Shown here piece after piece: positions 57,540 through 64,000 of a DNA stretch of 64,000 bases; the stretch's first letter is position 1; each line of letters opens with the position of its first letter. Origin of the DNA: Macrostomum lignano (Eukaryota); the NCBI GenBank assembly GCA_002269645.1, contig NIVC01000391.1, forward strand, positions 372,001 to 436,000. The letters run 5' to 3'. Below the pieces are notes generated by a model. The model saw only the letters and a program-made list of their open reading frames with translations, was not told the DNA's origin and searched no databases. Made by a program: the position numbers and the translations under genes.

Positions 57540-60015
57540 ATGGAGGGAGTGAGATGGAAGGAGTGAGATGGAAAGAAGGGGTGAGATGGAAGGAGAGAGA
57601 TGGAAAGAAGGGGTGAGATGGAAGGAGTGAGATGGAAGGAGTGAGATGGAAGGAGTGAGATGGAAGAAGTGAGGTGGAAGGAGTGAGATGGAAGGAGTGA
57701 GATGGAAGGAGTGAGATGGAAGGAGTGAGATGGAAGGAGTGAGATGGAAGAAGTGAGGTGGAAGGAGTGAGATGGAAGGAGTGAGATGGAAGGAGTGAGA
57801 TGGAAGGAGTGAGATGGGAGGAGTGAGATGGAGGGAGCGAGATGGAAGGAGTGAGATGGAAGGAGTGAGATGGAAGAAGTGAGGTGGAAGGAGTGAGATG
57901 GAAGGAGTGAGATGGAAGGAGTGAGATGGAAGGAGTGAGATGGAAGGAGTGAGATGGAAGAAGTGAGGTGGAAGGAGTGAGATGGAAGGAGTGAGATGGG
58001 AGGAGTGAGATGGAGGGAGCGAGATGGAAGGAGTGAGATGGAAGGAGTGAGATGGAAGAAGTGAGGTGGAAGGAGTGAGATGGAAGGAGTGAGATGGAAG
58101 GAGTGAGATGGAAGGAGTGAGATGGAAGGAGTGAGATGGAAGAAGTGAGGTGGAAGGAGTGAGATGGAAGGAGTGAGATGGAAGGAGTGAGATGGAAGGA
58201 GTGAGATGGAAGGAGTGAGATGGAAGAAGTGAGGTGGAAGGAGTGAGATGGAAGGAGTGAGATGGAAGGAGTGAGATGGAAGGAGTGAGATGGAAGGAGT
58301 GAGAGGAAAAGAAGGAGTGAGATGGAAGGAGTGAGATGGAAGGAGTGAGATGGAAGGAGTGAGATGGAAGGAGTGAGATGGAAGGAGTGAGATGGAAGGA
58401 GTGAGATGGAAGGAGTGAGATGGAAGGAGTGAGATGGAAGGAGTGAGATGGAAGGAGTGAGATGGAAGGAGTGAGATGGAAGGAGTGAGATGGAAGGAGT
58501 GAGATGGAAGGAGTGAGATGGAAGGAGTGAGATGGAAGGAGTGAGATGGAAGGAGTGAGATGGAAGGAGTGAGATGGAAGGAGTGAGATGGAAGAAGTGA
58601 GGTGGAAGGAGTGAGATGGAAGGAGTGAGATGGAAGGAGTGAGATGGAAGGAGTGAGATGGAAGGAGTGAGATGGAAGGAGTGAGATGGAAGGAGTGAGA
58701 TGGAAGGAGTGAGATGGAAGGAGTGAGATGGAAGAAGTGAGGTGGAAGGAGTGAGATGGAAGGAGTGAGATGGAAGGAGTGAGATGGAAGGAGTGAGATG
58801 GAAGGAGTGAGAGGAAAAGAAGGAGTGAGATGGAAGGAGTGAGATGGAAGGAGTGAGATGGAAGGAGTGAGATGGAAGGAGTGAGATGGAAGGAGTGAGA
58901 TGGAAGGAGTGAGATGGAAGGAGTGAGATGGAAGGAGTGAGATGGAAGGAGTGAGATGGAAGGAGTGAGATGGAAGGAGTGAGATGGAAGGAGTGAGATG
59001 GAAGGAGTGAGATGGAAGGAGTGAGATGGAAGGAGTGAGATGGAAGGAGTGAGATGGAAGGAGTGAGATGGAAGGAGTGAGATGGAAGGAGTGAGAGGAA
59101 AAGAAGGAGTGAGATGGAAGGAGTGAGATGGAAGGAGTGAGATGGAAGGAGTGAGATGGAAGGAGTGAGATGGAAGGAGTGAGATGGAAGGAGTGAGATG
59201 GAAGGAGTGAGATGGAAGGAGTGAGATGGAAGGAGTGAGATGGAAGGAGTGAGATGGAAGGAGTGAGATGGAAGGAGTGAGATGGAAGGAGTGAGATGGA
59301 AGGAGTGAGATGGAAGGAGTGAGATGGAAGGAGTGAGATGGAAGGAGTGAGATGGAAGGAGTGAGATGGAAGGAGTGAGATGGAAGGAGTGAGATGGAAG
59401 GAGTGAGATGGAAGGAGTGAGATGGAAGGAGTGAGATGGAAGGAGTGAGATGGAAGGAGTGAGATGGAAGGAGTGAGATGGAAGGAGTGAGATGGAAGGA
59501 GTGAGATGGAAGGAGTGAGATGGAAGGAGTGAGATGGAAGGAGTGAGATGGAAGAAGTGAGGTGGAAGGAGTGAGATGGAAGGAGTGAGATGGAAGGAGT
59601 GAGATGGAAGGAGTGAGATGGAAGGAGTGAGATGGAAAAGAAGGAGTGAGATGGAAGGAGTGAGATGGAAGGAGTGAGATGGAAGGAGTGAGATGGAAGG
59701 AGTGAGACGGAAGGAGTGAGATGGAAGGAGTGAGATGGAAGGAGTGAGATGGAAGGAGTGAGATGGAAGGAGTGAGATGGAAGGAGTGAGATGGAAGGAG
59801 TGAGATGGAAGGAGTGAGATGGAAGGAGTGAGATGGAAGGAGTGAGATGGAAGGAGTGAGATGGAAGGAGTGAGATGGAAGGAGTGAGATGGAAGGAGTG
59901 AGATGGAAGGAGTGAGATGGAAGGAGTGAGATGGAAGGAGTGAGATGGAAGAAGTGAGGTGGAAGGAGTGAGATGGAAGGAGTGAGATGGAAGGAGTGAG
60001 ATGGAAGGAGTGAAA
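57540..60015. repeat. 14-bp purine-rich satellite GTGAGATGGAAGGA, about 175 copies
   Basis: Direct inspection; source of the 844-aa HLTPSISLLPSHSF ORF. Confidence 0.98.
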
Positions 60016-61188
60016 TTGAAGCGATCAGATTTCAATTGTGAGGTTCTAAGAGTGAGATTTTAGGGGTTTGAGACTGAAGGGGTTGCAAGATTAAGGAAAT
60101 GAGGGAATTCCACTTTTAAGGAGTTATGGGTGGAATGCAGAATTAAAATCATTTTTAATAACAGAATGAGCTGGGCAGAAATGGGGCTGACCCACTGTTG
60201 ACGGTGAAAGTTGAGTTCGATAGCTCTAGTGCCTGCATCACGCCACAGCACCACTGTCAGTCACTATAGTGCTCTCACTGACTGATAAAAGTACACACAA
60301 TTTCATCTCTGACAGCAGCTATAGGACTGCCTCACAGTTCTCAACGGGCAGCTTAAATTATATAGTAAATAAGTCTGCTTGCTTGGCACTTAGAAATCTA
60401 ACCCCGACCAGGTTAATTCTGTGTTATTAATGAATTTTGGCACACTCGTGCACCTGGCTAGCAAGACTTACTGAGTTCTACATGTACATGTGATTGGTAG
60501 GGAGCATTTAACTGTCTCCGACTGTCTGGACAGAGCTGGTAGTACAGAACACGGGCTGTTTACCACGACTGCTCAGGCATAGTCAAGATGCGAGTAGTTC
60601 GCTTCTAGGCTCTCTAGCTTTGAGCCATGACAAGCCAGCTGTGATCCCTAAATCCCATAAATAATGCCCAGGGGAACCAGAAGCAATAAGAAGGCAACTT
60701 GGACTGCGGGTTTTACGGTCTCTCATGGGCCCGCTGGGAGGGCACGGCATTAGTGGACAGATTGCGAGAGTTAGCTGATCCCGAAAGGATTGACGGCAGG
60801 GGGGCTGTGGAGCTCACTAAGTCGAGTCTTCCAGAGATGCTGGACATAAAATGAGTTGCAGTTTGGCTGGGCTGCCCCAGGCAATGTCTAGAGACTGATT
60901 ACAGCATGATCTAGTCAATGTCTAGAGGGGATATTTTGTCACTCAAATTTTTTTTCCAAACGAATCGCAACTTTGACAAAAAAGTTTTTATTTACTAAAA
61001 AAGGTATCAAGAAGCGCACAACACATTCGAGCTTCATCATATTAAAATATACAGAATACTATATTATAAAAGTAATGTAGTACGGCGACAATGTATATTG
61101 TGACAACAGTCAATGTTATACAGTAATATTTGCGTCCAAATAATAACTTAACGACGATAATTAGTTGAAATAGTTTAGCAATATCCTG

Positions 61189-61298
61189 CAGGGGCGTCGC
61201 TACCAGGGCGAATGAGTGCCTGCTATCAACACAGAAAATTAGTCATGCAGAACTTTTAGCTTTTTCCTCACAACTTAGAATCCATGGCGACGCCCCTG
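61189..61298. mobile_element. 110-bp hAT-type MITE
   Basis: Perfect 12-bp TIR CAGGGGCGTCGC...GCGACGCCCCTG; flanking 8-mers ATATCCTG (61181-61188) and GTATCCTG (61299-61306) match 7/8. Confidence 0.75.
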
Positions 61299-61659
61299 GT
61301 ATCCTGGTTTAGTAATTTTTGCAACAAAATCTTGCCATATATATAAATATAAAGATATAACTGATTTTGCATCCGGTCAGGGAGATTATAAAACAAATTT
61401 TTTCTTCTAAGCGAAACCGGGACTCAAACTTCAACATTGTGCCGAGGACCAGACAGTAAACAAACAAGCTGTTAAAATCAGAAAGAATCTTCTTAAGACG
61501 CGAAGAAATTTCTAGATGAAATATTATACAGTGTACTTAGGGATAATTGTAAGAGACATAGGAAGAAAGTTAGAGAAGGAAAGAGGGAGAGAGGGAGACA
61601 GAGAAAGGGAGAGAGATAGGGGGGTAGAGGGTGGAGACGTAGAGTAGTAGAGAGGTACA

Positions 61660-61965
61660 GAGGTAAAGGGAGACAAGGAGAGAGGGAGACAAGGAGAGAG
61701 GGAGACAGGGAGAGAGGGAGACAAGGAGAGAGGGAGACAAGGAGAGAGGGAGACAAGGAGAGAGGGAGACAAGGAGAGAGGGAGACAAGGAGAGAAGGAG
61801 ACAAGGAGAGAAAAGAGACAAGGAGAGAGGGAGACAAGGAGAGGGGGGACAAGGAGAGAGGGAGACAAGGAGAGAGGGAGACAAGGAGACAGGGAGACAA
61901 GGAGAGAGGGAGACAAGAGAAAGGAGACAAGCAGAGAGAGGCAGGGACAGAGGCAGGGAGAGGCA
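61660..61965. repeat. 16-bp GA-rich repeat GGAGAGAGGGAGACAA
   Basis: Direct inspection. Confidence 0.92.
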
Positions 61966-62013
61966 AACTCAGTTAAAAAGCAAGCAGTGAGTCGGTGTTA
62001 AAAATCTCTAATT

Positions 62014-63423
62014 TCACAACTCAGCTTCGTCCACGCCGTCAGCTTCCGAACGCTTGGCCGCCGCCAGCGCCGCCACGTGCAGCCGCTTTCGGCCTTTGAT
62101 CATGCCGACACCGGGCGGCGCGGGCTCCGCGTCTTCAATGAGCTCGGAGCTGCCAGCCAGAGTGTCTGCGCGGCGCGTTTGCTGGAAGGCGACCGGCGTG
62201 GCGCTGGTGGAGCGCTGGCCGTGACGCTGGGCGGCCTGCGTGTATGTTGTGGTGAACCGGCCGCCTCCTCTGTACTGGCTCTTCTCCCGGCAGAAGATTC
62301 TGTACAGAATCTGCATCGCCTTCTGTCGGAAGACCTTGCCTGCGGCGCAGTAAAACACCCAGTTGAGCGAGGCGTTCAGGAAGCAGATGGAGCGGAACAG
62401 GTAATAATAGAACTTGTGCAGACTCTTGGCGATGCTCTTGCCGACCTGGTTGTCCTTCACAAAGTTCAAGTACATCATGTAGATGAGCAGCGGGAAGGTG
62501 GTGAACAGGTAGAACAGGTTCATGGACACCAGCAGGCGGGTCACGTGCGCGTTCTGGTCGGAGCCGTGCCGCCGGCCGCCGATCACCGCTGGCTGCGGGA
62601 CGCCACCGCCTCCGTCGCTGCCGCGGCCGTCTTTGGTCTTGGCGGCTTTGAAGTTGCCCCGGCGGTAGCGAATCAGCCGGTAGGAGATGCAGCCGGTGGA
62701 CACCACCATGGAGGCCAGCGGGATGATGCCCCAGGCGATCAGGTGCACCAGCGTGGTCACGTAGTAGAACCACTTGTCAACTGGCTCGCAGTCGGACTTC
62801 CTGCCGATGTGCCAGTAGATGAGGTAGGTGATGTTGGGGAACAGCAGCAGGAAGGTCATGGTGGCCCACGTGGTCATCACCCGCTTGGTGTTGAGGATGG
62901 TTCTGGAGCGCAGCGGGGAGGCGATGAAGACCAGACGCTGGATGGACATGGCAGCCTGGTTGTAGGCGCTCCAGTGGAAGAAGAAGCTGCTGAAGTAGGA
63001 CTGCAGCTTGCAGATGACGACGCCCTGGTCGATGTAGTCGTAGCCGAAGGCCAGCTTCAGGAACAGGCGCAGCACGTCCCAGATGAGGATCATGAAGTCG
63101 CCGAAGCAGATGCTCACCAGCCAGACTTGGATGATCTTCGGGAACATCCGCGACATGAAGATGAACAGCATGCAGAACACGGCGCCGAATGTGCCGATGG
63201 TGAGGATCAGCGGCAGGTACCAGATGAGGAAGTACCTGGTCAGACCGCTGAGCATCCGCATGCCGAACTCCTCTTCGAGCTGCATGTCCGTCTTGTTGCC
63301 GACGGTTTCCACGGAGCTGTTCAGCAGCGACATGCTGTCGAGTTCGGCCCTGGCGGTGGATTGGGAACAGGATCCAGGATACGAAGGATCAGAGACGAGC
63401 GCTATGAGGATAGAAATCCTCAT
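62014..63423 (-). CDS. Class A peptide-receptor-like GPCR, single coding exon (start may be ATG at 63333, MSLLNSS)
   Basis: Seven TM segments; N-glycosylation sites NSS and NKT; TM3 Cys (ICK) and ECL2 Cys (SDC); TM3 end SIQRL...SPL; TM5 WGIIP; TM6 TTFP; TM7 NASLNWVFY; helix 8 KVFR. Confidence 0.9.
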   Translation of the reverse strand: MRISILIALVSDPSYPGSCSQSTARAELDSMSLLNSSVETVGNKTDMQLEEEFGMRMLSGLTRYFLIWYLPLILTIGTFGAVFCMLFIFMSRMFPKIIQVWLVSICFGDFMILIWDVLRLFLKLAFGYDYIDQGVVICKLQSYFSSFFFHWSAYNQAAMSIQRLVFIASPLRSRTILNTKRVMTTWATMTFLLLFPNITYLIYWHIGRKSDCEPVDKWFYYVTTLVHLIAWGIIPLASMVVSTGCISYRLIRYRRGNFKAAKTKDGRGSDGGGGVPQPAVIGGRRHGSDQNAHVTRLLVSMNLFYLFTTFPLLIYMMYLNFVKDNQVGKSIAKSLHKFYYYLFRSICFLNASLNWVFYCAAGKVFRQKAMQILYRIFCREKSQYRGGGRFTTTYTQAAQRHGQRSTSATPVAFQQTRRADTLAGSSELIEDAEPAPPGVGMIKGRKRLHVAALAAAKRSEADGVDEAEL

Positions 63424-63819
63424 TGCCGAGCGCCTTTTCTACCCTTGCGGATGCGGATATCCCATTGGCTGCCCCCCCCGGGCCTCATTTGCTTTGCCGC
63501 TTGTTAATCAACTGATGATCGCCGCAGGGGCTCGCAGACTTCGCGCAGTAATTACGAGCTACTTTTCTCTTTCTGAAGGCGGCAAAAATCACCAATTTCG
63601 CGATTGAAACAGTCTGGAAAAGGCTATTTTTAGAAACCAGATTTCGAGTCTGAAAGAAAGCTGCTCCATCTACCTAGGGGGTTTGTCGCAGAGTGTGAGA
63701 ATGAAGTGATGGAGAAAATCATATTGCTAAATCAAAGCCCTGAGTCTGAGTAGCTTCTCTCTTGCCATTGAAGTCTTTGATCACATTTAGTTCGATCCCT
63801 GAAATGTGTGTTAAAACCG

Positions 63820-64000
63820 GCTTTGGCAGACGGACTGTTTCACGACTTGGATCAACCAGTGGGTGGCTTCAAAGCACAGGGAGAGGTGGGCTGACGCCCC
63901 CGACTGCCGGCAATCCCGCGCGGCTGTCCCCTGTTCTCCCCCGCCCTCCGCAGGGCCCTGCTTGGACTCAACCGCAGGGACATCTGGGCGGTGACCATGG
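63820..64000 (+). mobile_element. R1/LOA-like LINE fragment, runs off the window end
   Basis: [24 protein letters not shown]...(frameshift)[18 protein letters not shown]; nucleotide-level similarity to 7372-7425. Confidence 0.6.

Noticed and set aside
62077-63507. Long plus-strand ORFs opposite genes (also 8836-9792, 28759-29664, 34293-34955, 43493-44266, 4034-5611)
   Set aside because: Antisense shadows expected from high GC3 in the real minus-strand CDS.

Overview
Eukaryotic (animal) genomic DNA, not prokaryotic. GC-rich coding exons with GT-AG introns lie in a matrix where over half the window is micro-, mini- and satellite DNA. The style resembles a free-living flatworm such as Macrostomum (inference only). 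Genes supported from sequence: three class A GPCRs (8650-9948 minus; about 38.9-40.85 kb plus, spliced; 62014-63423 minus), a 10-exon furin/PC1-type proprotein convertase (42481-50022 minus, 663 aa reconstructed by hand), a type II membrane glycosyltransferase resembling the CAP59/GT69 group with a damaged 3' end (about 28763-29805 minus), and a two-Ig-domain membrane protein lacking the canonical Ig disulfides (33984-34973 minus). Mobile DNA: a 5'-truncated APE-RT (RTE-like) LINE with a 12-bp target-site duplication and a fold-back inverted duplication at its 5' junction, a tRNA-derived CORE-SINE, a 110-bp hAT-type MITE, two R1/LOA-like LINE remnants and a degenerate RT fragment. A 12.3-kb array of a 50-bp satellite begins about 80 bp upstream of the first GPCR start. 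Most long ORFs in the supplied track are translations of repeats or antisense shadows. Some garbled junctions and single-base frameshifts may be long-read assembly errors. I found no clearly novel multi-gene system; the best leads are the glycosyltransferase, the convertase C-terminus, the LINE junction, the Ig protein and the satellite.
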